Of a DNA stretch of 64,000 nucleotides, positions 48,501 to 62,138 are shown in pieces. The stretch is from Malacoraja senta (Eukaryota): the NCBI GenBank assembly GCA_038087875.1, contig CM075997.1, positions 1,366,001 to 1,430,000 on the forward strand, given 5' to 3'. Each line of letters opens with the position of its first letter. Positions within the stretch are counted from its first letter, which is position 1. The translations under genes and the position numbers were made by a program. Below the pieces are notes generated by a model that worked only from the letters and a program-made list of their open reading frames with translations, did no database searches and was not told where the DNA came from.

Positions 48501-51500
48501 AGAAACATCTGGTAGCCACATGTAGTGACGTTTGGGTTACAGTGAGGTAATCAGTAGGCATGGAAAGTCCCGAAAGCTGAGAGCTCTGAACTAGACCAGT
48601 TGTAGGGCGTGGAGTTAAAGTGTTTCAGGTCTTGTCTCCAATCTAGGTCACACAGCCCCAGGCACTCTGCACCTTCTCATTCATATTTAAATCGTCACCC
48701 TGCAACCAATTAGGAGCAGGCAAGGCTGCATTCTTGCATGGCAATGATTTTCCGCTGTTAATGCGATAGGTTGACTTGAAGGCACATTACATCACAGGGG
48801 GCCAATGGAAGGCAAACACAGACCAGGTTACATCATCCTGTATCTGTTTAGCAAGTCAGCAGACCATTCACGACACACAGCTATGAATTGCATAGGAAGG
48901 AACTGCAGATGCTGGTTTACACCGAAGATAGGACACAAAATGCTGGAGTAACTCAGCGGATCAGGCAGCGTCTCTGGAGGAAGTTTTTAGTTTTAGAGAC
49001 ACAGTGTGGAAACAGGCCCTTCGTCCCACCGAGTCCGCACCGACCAGCGATCCCTGCGTATTAACACTAGCCTACAATTTTTACATTTACACCAATCCAA
49101 TTAACCTGCAAACCTGTACGTCTTTGGAGTGTGGGGGGGAATAGATCTCAGAGAAAACCCAACGCAGGTCATGGGGAGAATGTACAAACTCCGTACAGAC
49201 AAGCACCCGTGGCCAGAATCGAACCCGGCTCTCTGGTGCTGTAAGCGCTGTGAGGCAGCAACTCTGCCCAGGGTTGAGTGGTGTAGGTGACGTTTCAGGC
49301 CGAGACCCTTCTTTGGACAAAAAAAGTCTGAAGTCAGGAGTCGGAAGAATGGTTCCGACCTGAATCGTCACCTATCCATGTTCTCCAGTGATGCTGCCTG
49401 ACCCGCTCAGTTACTCCAGCATTTTGTGTCTATACACAGCTATGAATTGCCCCCTCTCTCCTCCCCTTCCGGACAAAATGTTTCACTCACCCCTCCCAAT
49501 TTTAAATGATTCCCACCCCATCCCATTAGTCATCCCAATCCATCCCCGACTCATTCCACCGAATCACATATTAACATGTTATCTTTAACGTGAAGGGGGA
49601 AAGATTTGACAGGAACCCGAGGGGTAACTTTGTCACACAAAGGGTACTGGATGTATGGAACGAGCTGTCGGAGGAGGTAGTTGAGACAGGGACTATCAAT
49701 GTTTAAGAGGTATTTTGGCCGATACATGGCTTGGAAAGGCTTGGAGGGATATGGGCCAAATGCAGGCAGGTGGGACCAGTATAGATGGGGCATGTTGGTC
49801 TGCATGGGCAAGTTGGGCCGAAGGGCCTGTTTCCACACTGTATCCCTCTATGACTCTAACAGCATTTCTATACTGTAGCTAATATTCCAACGGTATGAAC
49901 AATGATACACAAGGAACTTCAGATGCTGGTCAAAAAAAAGATACAAAGTGCTGGAGTAATTCAGCGGGTCAGGTAGCATCTCTGGAACATGGTCCATAAG
50001 TGAACATTGAAGATAGATCAGCCATGATTGAATGGCGGAGTAGATTCGATGGGCCTAATGGCCTCATTCTGCTTCTAGAATATGAACATGAGAGGGAGAG
50101 ATAGATCGACCGTGATTGAATGATGGAGCAGACTTGATGGGCTGAATGGCCTAATTCTGCTCGTGTGACTTATGACATGATAGAAGCCTGCGTGTGTGTC
50201 TGGGTGACTGAGTGCATGCCTGTTAGTGTTTAGCCTTCTCAAAGGCGTGGGTCTGTTTACACAGTGGGTAGTTTAGACTGGCCACTGTTTGTATTCACTG
50301 GCGGGACGTCTCGATGGGCCTCACCTTTGCTCAGGTGTATACGTCCCACCTGCGCGCCTCATGACCAGGTGGGCCTGCCTCTCCCATCACAGGTGTAGTG
50401 CATGGAAACTGACCCCCCCCCTCCCCATCCCCCAAGGTGAAGAGGTCAGACCTTTCACCTTGAGACCACCATGGGAGACCATCAGGGACTGGGGTCTGCC
50501 TCAATGTTCTCAGAGTTCCACATCGGTGGCACAGCGGTAGAGTTGCTGCCTCTCAGCGCCCGAGACCCCGGTTCGATTCTGATCTCATGTGCTGTTTGTG
50601 TGGAGTTTGCACGTTCTCCCCATAACCATGTTCGTTCCCTCCCACATCCCAAAGACGTCCGGGTTTGTAGATTAATTGCCCCCTGGTGTGTGGAGAGTGG
50701 ATGAGATAGTGGGGATAACATCAAGATACTGTGGTCAGGTGATCGATGGTCGGTGTGGACTCGTGGGGCCGAAGCGCCTGTTTCCAACCTTTCAATCAAA
50801 ACCAGGTGAGTCATAGAGTCAGAGAGTGATACAGTGTGGAAACAGGCCCTTCGGCCCAACTTGCCCACACCGGCCAACATGCCCCAGCTACACTAGTCCC
50901 ACCTGCCTGCGCTTGGCCCATATACCCTCCAAACCTGTCCTATCCATGTACCTATCTAACTGTTTCCTAAATGTTGGGATAGTCCCTGCCTCAACTACCT
51001 CCTCTGGCAGCTTGTTCCATACTCCCACCACCATTTGTGTGGGAAACGTTATCCCTCATATTCCTATTAAATCTTTTCCCCTTCACCTTAAACCTATGTC
51101 CTCTGGTCCTCGATTCACCTACTCTGGGCAAGAGACTCTGTGCGTCTACCCCATCTATTCCTCTCATGATTTTATACACCTTTATAAGGTCATCCTTATA
51201 TCCTTATGAAACATATAAGATTGTTAAGGGCTTGAACACGCTAGAGGCAGGAAACATGTTCCCGATGTTGGGGGAGTCCAGAACCAGGGGCCACGCAGTT
51301 TAAGAATAAGGAGTAAGCCATTTAGAACAGAGACGAGGAAACACTTTTTCTCACAGAGAGTGGTGAGTCTGTGGAATTCTCTGCCTCAGAGGGCGGTGGA
51401 GGCTGGTTCTCTGGATGTTTTCAAGAGAGAGCTAGATCGGGCTCTTAAAAATAGCAGAGTCAGAGGATATGGGGAGAAGGCAGGAACGGGGTACTGATTG

Positions 51501-53871
51501 GGGATGATCAGCCATGATCACATTGAATGGCGGTGCTGGCTCGAAGGGCTGAATGGCCTACTCCTGCACCTATTGTCTATTGCCTATTGTCTAAAACGTT
51601 ACCCCTCATATTCCTATTAAATCTTTTCCCCTTCACCTTAAACCTATGTCCTCTGGTCCTCAATTCACCTACTCTGGGCAAGAGACTCTGTGTATCACCC
51701 CATCTATTCCTCTCATGATTTTCTACACCTCTATAAGGTCATCCCTCATCCTCCTGCGCTCCAAGGAATAGAGACGCAGCCTACTCAACCTCTCCCTGTA
51801 GCTCACACCCTCCAGTCCTGGCAACATCCTCGTAAATCATCTACCTGGCCTATTCCTCTCATGATTTTACACAGAATACAAAGTGTGGGACTGGCAGGAT
51901 GTCTCTGGATTGAAGTCTACTTGAAAGAATCTGCAGCGTAGGCACTTGCAAACTGTACGGATTAATCATTGGTAGACACAAATTCTTCTTAGGCCCCCTT
52001 CGGTCATGGCTGACCATAGGTGTCTCCAGGGATGGAGGTCGCCAGTGCGTGACTTTGTTTAACGTGGGGAGACTGGTGCACAGACAGCCACCACATGGTC
52101 CTTGACGGATCCGGGTCGTGATCCAGTGGCCTGGAGTCCAAGACGACCGTAGACCCTTTTCTGCTGCAGCCTTCATCCGCCTTCCCAGCCGTTGTGATGC
52201 TCCACTAAGGTCAGCCATCGTCCTCCGCCTGTTCCACCGTTGAGGTCTTGGGTGGAACACAAAAAAGCTGGAGTAACCCAGCGGGACAGGCAGCATCTCT
52301 GGAGAGGAATGGGTGATGTGTAACTCAGCGGGACAGGCAGCATCTCTCGAGAGAAGGAATGGGTGACGTTTCGGGTCGAGACCCTTCCTCAGACCCTTCT
52401 CTCCAGAGATGCTGCCTGTCCCACTGAGATACTCCAGCATTTTGTGTCTATCTTCGGTTTAAACCAGCATCTGCAGTTCCTTCCTGCACAGATTAACCAT
52501 TGCAGCAAGTCACCATTTCGGTTTCAGTGTGACGGGCCACTTAAGAGGAGGAGCAGGAATGTCCGACATATGATCTTACGACAGCTGCCATGATTTACAG
52601 TGTTTGAAACGAAGACCAGATCTGTGTGTGTGTGTGTGTGGAAAATATTAATAAGCTGTGACCTTAAGCACATATTCCTGAATTTCCTCTCTCGTTTCCT
52701 CATGTCTACTTTGCATACGATGCCTAATTCTGGTCTCAACCAACAACAAAAAATCCGAAAGGTCACCCATTCCTTCTCTCCAGAGATGCTGCCTGATCCG
52801 CTGAGTTACTCCAGCATTTTGTGTCAACCTTCGATTTAAACCCGCATCTGCAGTTCTTTCCCACACACACGGCTGATCTACCTCTCAACCTCTCAACCTC
52901 ATTCTCCTGCTTTCTCCCCATAACCCCTGCCCCCTGTACTAATCAAAAATCTATCTATCTTTGCCTTAAAATTAACCATTTACTGCCTCCACAGCTGTCT
53001 GTGGCAATGAATTCCACAGATTCACCACCCTCTGACTGAAGAAATTCCTCCTCATCTCCTTTCTTAAGGAACGTCCTTTTATTCTGAGGCTACGACCTCC
53101 TGGTCCTGGACTCTCCGACTAGTGGAGACATCATCTCCACATCCACTCTATCCAGGCACGTTTAGGAATTATTTTTTTTCCTTTCTCCCAGCAAGTTCCC
53201 ACAAGCCACAAGGCACCACGCACATTGTTTGCCTTGAACGATGTGTGGGGAATGGTGCGTTAGGGCTCAGGATTCCACACACAACTCATCTACGGCCAAA
53301 GTAAGGGTGTACAACAGCTGGAGAAAGCAACTGGACCGTCATATCCATGTCCCATCCACAAACATGTGCGGTCCTGCCGAGATATTCACTCTGAGATCCC
53401 TGGAATGCTGCGGCATAGAAACACGTGGTAGAGAAAGGCACAGAGTGTCGCTGGAGGCCATTCGGCCCATCACGTGTGTGCCAGTCGATAGACAATAGGT
53501 GCAGTGGTAGGCCATTCGGTCCTTCGAGCCAGCACCGCCATTCAATGTGATCATGGCTGATCATCCCCAATCAGTACCCCGTTCCTGCCTTCTCCCCATA
53601 TCCCCTGACTCCGCTATCGTTAAGAGCCCTGTCTAGCTCTCTCTTGAAAGCATCCGGAGAACCGGCCTCCACCGTTCTCTGAGGCAGAGAATTCCCCAGA
53701 CTCACAAGTATAAGTTGCCCAGTGTAATCCAGTGGTTCACAGATCTCTGATGGTCTAAACTGTATATATATATATATAACATATATATACCAGCTAATTA
53801 CAGTTTGTTGCAAGGATAGGATACTTAAAGTTAGAAAAGTCAATGTTCCTATCTCCATCTCTTTCCCCCCC

Positions 53872-54071
53872 NNNNNNNNNNNNNNNNNNNNNNNNNNNNN
53901 NNNNNNNNNNNNNNNNNNNNNNNNNNNNNNNNNNNNNNNNNNNNNNNNNNNNNNNNNNNNNNNNNNNNNNNNNNNNNNNNNNNNNNNNNNNNNNNNNNNN
54001 NNNNNNNNNNNNNNNNNNNNNNNNNNNNNNNNNNNNNNNNNNNNNNNNNNNNNNNNNNNNNNNNNNNNNNN
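53872..54071. other. Assembly gap (exactly 200 N)
   Basis: Run of n from 53872 to 54071. The round size indicates a scaffold join of unknown length. Confidence 0.99.
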
Positions 54072-54170
54072 AGGGAAGGAACTGCAGATGCTGGTTTAAA
54101 ATCAAATTTAGACACAAAATGCTGGAGTAACTCCGCGGGACAGGCACCATCTCTGGAGAGTAATATTGTA

Positions 54171-54556
54171 TAGATCCACCACCGATTTTCTCGCAGACAA
54201 AATCACGAGCACCGCTGAAATCTCCCTCGGAAGTTCCCCGAAAATGAGGCGCCTGGGCCGGGTAAAGTGGCCGATCTCAACCTCACCGGGACTTCCGCGG
54301 CTGATCAGCGGGTTAAATTTGCCCCCTGTGGCCGGGTCTCTGGAACTCCTGCCCGGCACGAGCTGGCAGATTGGTTCCCACAGCTGATTTCCAAGGCTGA
54401 CTTTACGGGCCGGTATCTTGGTCCCTCGCCGCCTAGGCGGACCATTGAGGTACCATTAGACTCCACTCGGAGACCGTGGCCTCTGTTGGTCCGGCAAAAC
54501 GGATAATCTAGCATGGCTCTGGAATTAAGGGTGCTGGAAAATTGGTGGTGGACCTG
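54171..54556. mobile_element. Tc1/mariner-pogo-type MITE (TA TSD)
   Basis: ta|tagatccaccaccgattttc ... gaaaattggtggtggacctg|ta. A single end of the same family is at about 14952-15020. Confidence 0.75.
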
Positions 54557-56068
54557 TAGCGTATTTTACAGTGCATTGTACTGAGCACCGTTGAACAGGC
54601 CATTCAGACCATCAAGATTATACTGGCTCACTTGATTACCAATCTAATTAGAGTTACTGTAAACACAAGGAACAGCAGATGCTGGTTTCCAAAGAAAGAC
54701 TGGAGTAATTCAGCAGGTCAGGCAACATCTTTGAAGAACATGGATTGGTGACGTTTCAGGTCCCTTCTTTCGCCTGATTGTAGTAGGGGGAGAGAGCTAA
54801 AAGAGAAGTGGGGGGTAGGGGTGAACAAAGCCTGGCAAGGTACTTCTACTATTATGAATGTTTCCATAACACAGTTGATTAATTATGGAACACTATTTGC
54901 ATTACTTCAACCTAAAGTGTTATAATACGATTTCAATCGGGAATTAGAGAATAACTTTAAAGTCACTTGGAAAATTGACAAGCAGAAAAAAAGATGTCTT
55001 GGGAAAAAAAGTCTGTTTCCAAAAAAAAGCTGTTTCCATGTAACCTCCCTGCAGTAATCAAACCCCAATGTCTCTTGGAACCTAGGTTCACCAGCAGGTA
55101 GCCACTGGAATTGACAAGTGATTGCCTCTATTGACAGAAGGGGAGAAGGCAGAAGAATGGGGTTCGGAGGGAGAGATAGATCAGCCATAATTGAATGGCG
55201 GAGTAGACTTGATGGGCTGAATGGCCTAATTCTGCTCCTGTCACTTATGACCTTATGGATGTGTGCTGGTGATGAGCCATGAGCAGAAGGTGATTGTGTT
55301 ACCAAGGAAGAGAGGAAGAAAAAACACAAGCACTATTTCAGCGCGAATATGTTCACATGTGTGAGCACATACAAAACATTCTTCACATTAGGGTGATTAG
55401 ATAATGCTGAACCCCAAGAGTGAAGTGTGCAGTTTCTAAACAGTCAACTCAAGCATAAGATTCCAGTCTCAAAACTGCCGGGGGCTATTTTTTTTTTTTA
55501 TAATCATACTACCTGAAGTCATGCAATTTGAGCAAAAGAATCATCCATGCACTGTTAATGAGAACAGAGCGCTGATAAACAATGTCAAAACAGTAAACAT
55601 TTGTGCCACTGGTTATTAAACTAAAAGCTTCAGACTGTGCACCATTTTACAAGCCTAATATGACTTTGTTTTCACATTTTAATATTCATTTTTTATTCCC
55701 AAGAAACTTACCTTTGCTCACAAAATTCTGTTTCATTTTGGTTCGGGTCGATTTAAGTAATTAGATTGCAATGAAACTGAAAAAGTAGCCAAAACCGAGC
55801 CAACTTCATATCTCTCACAGGGGGGAGTTTAAAGAGGCCTCAACTTCTTTCCCCCCTCTTCCATCACGTGGAAGGTACAAAAACCTGAAAGCACTTGCCA
55901 CCAGCTTCGGGCAAAATGTAGAAACAAGGAACTGCAGATGCTGGTTTACCAAGGAAAATGCACTAAATGCTGGAATAACTCAGTGGCCAGGCAGCATCAC
56001 TGGAGAACAGGGAACGTCTCGGGTTGGGACCCTTCTCTTGAAACGTCACCTATCCATGTTCTCCAGAG

Positions 56069-56208
56069 CGGAATGGTACCATTCGGCACCACCGTTTCGC
56101 CTCCGTTTCGGGGTGTTAGGGTTAGGGTCAGGGTTAGGGTTAGGGTTCTTATGAGTAGATATTATAAACGGAGGCGCTGAACCGGCGGTGCCAAAAAGTA
56201 CCCGACCC
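56069..56208. mobile_element. 140-bp MITE-like insertion with internal (TTAGGG)5 and 8-bp TSD
   Basis: ctccagag is duplicated at 56061-56068 and 56209-56216. Inverted arms ggcaccaccg..cgcctccgttt and aaacggaggcg..cggcggtgcc. Telomere-type repeats at 56116-56145. Confidence 0.75.
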
Positions 56209-59088
56209 CTCCAGAGATGCTGCCTGCCCCGCTGAGTTACTCCAGCACTTTTGTGTCTTTCCACCAGATTCAGGAACAGCTTCTTCCCCACTGTTATCAG
56301 ACTACTCATGTTAAGGGTGTAGTCACGATCTTCCAACCCACCTCATTGCACCCCTTACTTTTTTTTATCTGCACTTCCTCTCTAACTGTAACTTTATACC
56401 TCTATATTTGGCACTCTGGCATTTTTCTCTTTGTACTACCTGTTGTACTCATTTATAGTATGATTTGACTGGATAGCAAACAAAGTTTTTCACTGTATCT
56501 TGGTTCACGTCACAAAAGTAAACCCATATCAATACCAATGCCAACCCTTCAAAAAAATCCATGGCCACAGAGCTACACGGTAAGAATCAAATACAAAAAG
56601 GTCTAGGTTCACCCTCTGTTGGTCGTTCGGCATATAAACAAGGCTCACAGTTAGATTTAATACTCTGGGTTTAGTTTAGAGATGCAGGGTGGAAACAGGG
56701 GTTAATGTTTTCAGAAGTCTTTCGATTGGAAACCTAACAATCTCTGATCACTTCTGGGACAAGATGGTTTGTTTCTTTAGCTGCAATGTTTACACAATGG
56801 TCGGAAATCTTAAAAAACACACAACGGGAAGAGTGCCAATATTTTGGGACATGCGACACAGCAAAGTGGAAAACAAGTCACAGCACAAAGTATAAGTTTT
56901 ATAGCCATGCTCTTGCAATCTGAAATACCACAGAACCTCAAGTTAGGGTCCTGCAGTTACAAATATTTATAGATATTTTAGTTTTAGTTTTAAGGGCCTG
57001 TCCCACTTAAGCGATTTTTTTGGCAACTGCCGTCACCCGTCATAGTCGCAGCAGGTCGCCAAAAATGTTCTACATGTTGAAAATCCAGCTGCGACCAGAA
57101 AAGGTACGACTCTTTGGGTGACTATTCACAACCATACAGGCGTCACCCCGCAATACCCCTAGACTCTCCCACTAGTGGAAACATCCTCTCCATACCGGAG
57201 AGTCAGTATGTCGAGGAGGACTCTCTCGAACTTCTACAGGTGCACAGTAGAGAGCATGCTGACCGGTTGCATCGTGGCTTGGTTCGGCAACTTGAGCGTC
57301 CAGGAGCGGAAAAGACTGCAAAAGTTGTCAACACTGCCCAGTCCATCATCGGCTCTGACCTCCCTTCCATCGAGGGGATCTACCACAGTCGCTGCCACAA
57401 AAAGGCTGGCAGCATCATCAAGGACCCACACCATCCTGGCCACACACTCATCTCTCCGCTGCCTTCATGTAGAAGGTACAGGAACCTGAAATCTGGTACA
57501 TCCAGGTTCAGGAATAGCTACTTCCCCACAGCCATCAGACTATTAAACTCAACTCAAACAAAATCTGAACTTTAGTTAGCCTATTGCACTTTATATGCTT
57601 ATTTATGTGTGTATATATATATTCAATGTATATGGACACACTGATCTGTTCAGTATTTATTTATGCCTGCAATATTCTGTGGTGCTGAAGCAAAGCAAGA
57701 GTTTCATTGTCCTATCTGGGACACATGACAATAAACTCTCTTGAATCTTGAATCTTGAATCCACATAGACCCAGATCGAACCCTGGTCTCTGGTGCTGAT
57801 ACACCCCTACATGGTCAACACCAGCTGTACACTTTGCTTGACATGTAACTACCATCATCACAGGCTAAAATCAATAAACTATTCCTAACATTCTGAAGAC
57901 ACAAGGAACTGCCGATGCTGGAATCTTGAGCAAAACACCAAGTGCTGGATGAATTCAGCAGGTTAGACAGGATCTGTGGAGGGAAATGAACGGGCGACTT
58001 TTTAAGGTCAGGATTCTTTTTCAGACTGTTTGGGGGGGGGGGGGAAAGGGAGAAAGCTGGAAAATAGAGGCGGGGTGGGACAAAGCCTGACAAAATGATG
58101 GATGAAGTGACGAAGACGATAGGTGAAGAGAAAAGGATGTCAGATAAGAAAGAGGAGAAGTCAAGCGTAAAGCCAGAGGGAGGGATGTGGAGGAAAGGGT
58201 GCAGGGTGATGGGAAAAAAGAGGGGGATAAAAGGGAAATATTGGACTCGGGATGAGAGAGGTGCATGCACAGGAAGGGAAATGAGAAGGGTGACGGGAAA
58301 TAGGAGATGGCAGGAGAAATGTGTGTGCATCAGGATGGGGGAGAAGTGTGCAGAGGAAAAAGATTATGGAGGTGAGTATTACTTGAAATTGGAGCATCCA
58401 ATGTTTGTACCATTATTTCCAGAATAGACTTTTTAAGTTTAGTTTTAGTTTAGAGATACAACTCAGAAACAGGCCCTTCGGCCCACCGAGTCCGTGCCGA
58501 CCAGGGATCCCCGTACACTAGGACTATACCACACACTGGGGACAATTTACCATTTTTACCAAAGCCAATTAACCTACAAACCTGCACGTCTTTGGAGTGT
58601 GGGAGGAAATCGGAACACCCGGAGAAAACCCACGCAGTCACAGGAAGAACATACAAACTCTATACAGACAGCACCCGTAGTCAGGATCAAATGCTATGTA
58701 CTCTGTTTCTCAATTCCCCTACTCTAGGCAAGAAACTTGTGTGGTTTACATTTTGTTCAATCTACTTCAGACTTTCTTCAGTTAGAGGGTGGTGAATCTG
58801 TGGAACTCATTGCCATAGAAGGTTGTAGGGACCAAGTCAATGGATATTTTGACAGCAGAGATGGATTCTTGATTAATACGGGTGTCAGGGGTTATGGGGG
58901 GGGGGGGGAAGACAGGAGAATGGGGTTCAGAGGGAAAGATAGAGATCAGTCATGATTGAATGGCGGAGTAGACTTGACAGACAAAATGGTCTAATTCTGC
59001 TCCTATCACTTATGATTCATGAACTTATGTTTTGGTCATGGCAGAGATTGCAATCTGCAGAACCAGTGTCGCTATGTGAAGTTCACTT

Positions 59089-59103
59089 CTGCCACCTAGT
59101 GTC
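59089..59103 (-). promoter_or_regulatory. CTCF-like motif in SAE1 intron 3
   Basis: Minus strand reads GACACTAGGTGGCAG. Confidence 0.45.
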
Positions 59104-59730
59104 ACTAGAGAATTGTGGCGCTTTGCTAGCATTGCGTGGGTGCCATGCAAGTCCTGCATCAACAAGCAGATTGCAGGAGAAACCCATCGAAAGTGAGACG
59201 CCATCTGAACTTGTTCCTTCAAGATTGGGACTGTGCACTCGGCACGTACTTCAGAGTACGTTCCTCTTCCCCAGCCAACAATTTAAAGATACTGAATGGA
59301 AACAGGCCCTTCGGCCCACCGTGTGGACGCCGACCATCCATCACCCGTTCGCACTAGTTATATGTTATCCTACTTTTGCATCCACTCCCCACACACCAAG
59401 AACAAATTACAGAGGCCAAGTAACCTACAAACACACACGTCTTTGCAAAACCCATGCAGTCATGGTGAGAATGTGCAAAGTCCGTACAGACTCGGTACGA
59501 TCCTGACTACGACTGCTGTCTGTACGGTGTTTGTACGTTCTCCTCATATCCTGTGTGGGTTTTCTCCAGGATCTCCGGTTTCCTCTCGCACTCCGGGTTT
59601 GTAGGCTAATTGGCTTGGTATAAAAGTAAATTGTCCCTCGTGTGTAGGATGATGTGCGGGGATCACAGATCGGCCTGGACTCCGTGGGCTGAAGAGCCTG
59701 GTTCCATGCTGTATTCTCAACTAAACTAAA

Positions 59731-60066
59731 GGGCCTGTCCCACTTAGGCGATTTTTTGGGCGACTAGGCTGTCATCACATGGTCGCCAGGGTGTCGCCTG
59801 TATGGTCGTGAGAAGTCTCCTCAGTCGCCCAAAGAGTCGTGGCGTCTTTCTTGTCACCGCTGGATTTTAAAATGTTCAAAACTTTTCGGCGACAGTCGGC
59901 GACCGTGGGCTTGTCCTCTCCTCACGAAGGTGCTGTCGGTGGTTGTAGCCCGAATGGTGTACGTTGTTGCCAGAATGACGTAGGTTATCGCCGGTGCTGA
60001 CTTCGGTGAATTCCATTGTCGTAGTCACCGGCAGTCGCCTAAAAAATCACCTGGTGGGACAAGCCC
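59731..60066. mobile_element. MITE of the GGGCCTGTCCCAC family
   Basis: Ends gggcctgtcccac and gtgggacaagccc, with taaa on both sides. A truncated third copy starts at 56994 and ends near 57150. Confidence 0.8.
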
Positions 60067-60250
60067 TAAAAGCACCCAAGCTCAAGATTGAATCCCGCTG
60101 AGAGGCAGAAGCTCTACCAGCTGCGCCACAGTGCCGCCCAAGGTTTATGACTGTACGCTTTAACTGTAAAGTCTAGCAGAAATGAACTGGAACAAGCTAA
60201 AGCATGATAAAAATGGTCCTTGTGAACACAGAAGACCAAAGGATACTCAC

Positions 60251-60424
60251 AGCATCGTACTGGGTGAGGAACTCCTGGGGCTTGTCTTTGATGTTCTCTG
60301 TGTCGACTTTCACCTCCACCATCGGGTTCAGGTTCTGGGCACGTTCCAGCGACGCTTCCGCCCGATTTCTTCCCAAAGAACCGGTAGGGATGAGGAACTG
60401 AGATCTTGCATCGTCTGGGGTAGT
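60251..60424 (-). CDS. SAE1: SAE1 coding exon 3
   Basis: 174 nt with acceptor tgcag and donor GTGAGT, encoding TTPDDARSQFLIPTGSLGRNRAEASLERAQNLNPMVEVKVDTENIKDKPQEFLTQYDA. Confidence 0.96.
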
Positions 60425-61392
60425 CTGCAGTTGACACGAGTTTGTTAAATGAGGAAAATCATTTGAAATGTGTCAATTTGTTTCGCTTGCCGACAATGTT
60501 GCCACAACGTGAGGATCTGAGCTATAGGCAGAGGTTGAGCAGGCTAGCACTCATTTATGTTTAAGAAGGAACTGCAGATGCTGGAAAATCAAAGGTACAC
60601 AAAAATGCTGGAGAAACTCAGCGGGTGCAGCAGCATCTATGCAGCGAAGGAGATAGGCAACGTTTCGGGTCTGAAGAAGGGTTTCGGCCCGAAACGTTGC
60701 CTATCTCCTTCGTTCCATAGATGCTGCTGCACCCGCTGAGTTTCTCCAGCATTTTTGTGTACCTAGCACTCCATTTAGTTTAGTTTATAGATATAGCGCA
60801 GAAACAGGCCCTTCGGCCCACTGACTCCGCTCTGACCAGTGATCCCTGCACACTAGCACTAAACTACACACACTGAACACAATTTACAATTATACCAACC
60901 CAATTAGCCTACAAACCTGTAGGTCTTTGGAGGAAACCGGAGATCCCAGAGAAAACCTGCGCAGGTCTAGAGAGAACGTACAAACGCATGGGTCTCTGGT
61001 GCTGTAAGGCAGCAAAATGGAACTGCAGATGCTGATTTAAACCAAAGAAAGACACAACGTGCTGGAGTGACTCAGCAGCTCAGTCAGCATCCCTGGAGAA
61101 GGGATACACGCCCGAAATGTCACCTATTCCTTTTCTCCAGTGATGCTGTCTGACCCGCTAAGTTACTCCAGCATTTTGTGTCTGTCCTCAGTTTATACTA
61201 ACTTCTGCAGTTCCTTCCTCCACATCCCTGGAGAACATGGACAGGTGACGCTTCGGGTCGGGACCCTTCTTCAGGCTGAGTGCAGGGGAGCGGGAAAGAA
61301 AGCTTGGGTACCAGGCACTACTCCAGGCCAGGAACGCCACACTGCCGGATCCATCAACACCACAGAGTCCCCTAATGTAATCACTAATCACG

Positions 61393-61965
61393 GAAGGTAG
61401 ACACAAAATGCTGGAGTAACCCAGTGGGACTGGCAGCATCTCTGGATAGAAGGAATGGGTGACGTTTCGGGTTGAGAATTCGGGGAGAGGGAGACACAGA
61501 GATAAGGATGGGTAAGGTGTGAAAACAAGACATCAAATAAATTAGCTAGGAGAAGTTGACAACAAAGTAAACAGAGATAAAATGTAATGGGGGACTGTAA
61601 GACTAGTCGGAGAACAGGAAAGGGAGAGGGATGGAGTGCGAGGGAAAGCAAGGGTTATTTGAAGTTAGAGAAGTCAATGTTCATACCGCTGGGGTGTAAG
61701 CTGCCCAAGCAAAATATGAGGTGCTGTTCCTCCAATTTGCGCTGGGCCTCACTCTGACAATGGAGGAGGCCCAGGACAGAAAGGTTATTGTGGGAATGGG
61801 AGGGGGAGTTAAACAACCGGCAGATCAGGTAGGTTTGCACGGACTGAGCAGAGGTGTTCTGCGAGACGATCGCCGAGCCTGCGCTTGGTCTCGCCGATAC
61901 ATAGGAGTCCACACCTGGAGCAGCGGAGGCTGGAGGAGGTGCAAGTGAACCTCTGCCTTAGCTGA
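61393..61965 (-). mobile_element. Penelope-like 3' fragment (GIY-YIG plus terminal repeat) in SAE1 intron 2
   Basis: RQRFTCTSS..RCSRCGLLCIGETKRRLGDRLAEH and KLEEQHLIFCLGSLHPSGMNIDFSNFK, continuing into the cccgaaacgtcacccattcc...ctccagcattttgtgtc repeat. Confidence 0.85.
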
Positions 61966-62026
61966 ACACTTGTGAACCAGCCCAAATCATCCCCAACCAT
62001 GAAGGTGAAAAACTTTGCCAGAATAC

Positions 62027-62138
62027 CTGTTGATGATCGAGTAGGGTCAGTGCTTTGACTCCGGCCAGAATGAGGTTTTTGGCCACTTCAGCTCCAAGAC
62101 CCTTCATCCCCACCAACAGCACACACGAGCCACGGAGC
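62027..62138 (-). CDS. SAE1: SAE1 coding exon 2
   Basis: 112 nt with AG/GT boundaries, encoding LRGSCVLLVGMKGLGAEVAKNLILAGVKALTLLDHQQ (ThiF/E1 adenylation fold). Phase 2/0 is consistent with exons 1 and 3. Confidence 0.96.

Noticed and set aside
56116..56145. Chromosome end, fusion scar or telomerase RNA template
   Set aside because: Only five units, enclosed in an element with TSDs, with no head-to-head array or TERC-like context.
57815..58427. Hydrophobic 171-aa and Lys/Glu-rich 110-aa ORFs
   Set aside because: They are the low-complexity purine/pyrimidine tract of an old PLE 3' region.
54072..60250. SAE1 exons 4-6 between exon 3 and the gap (also searched 1-6062 on +)
   Set aside because: No segment translating to VCLTCCS/GDVFGYHG, the KRAK region or ALEVDW/DYFLLQ was found by eye; they are presumed to lie outside the window or in the gap.
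60425..62026. SAE1 intron 2 as a U12-type intron (GTATTCTG donor, weak pyrimidine tract, tcctcatttaac)
   Set aside because: The donor differs from the nearly invariant GTATCCTT at two positions and the branch-like motif is imperfect.
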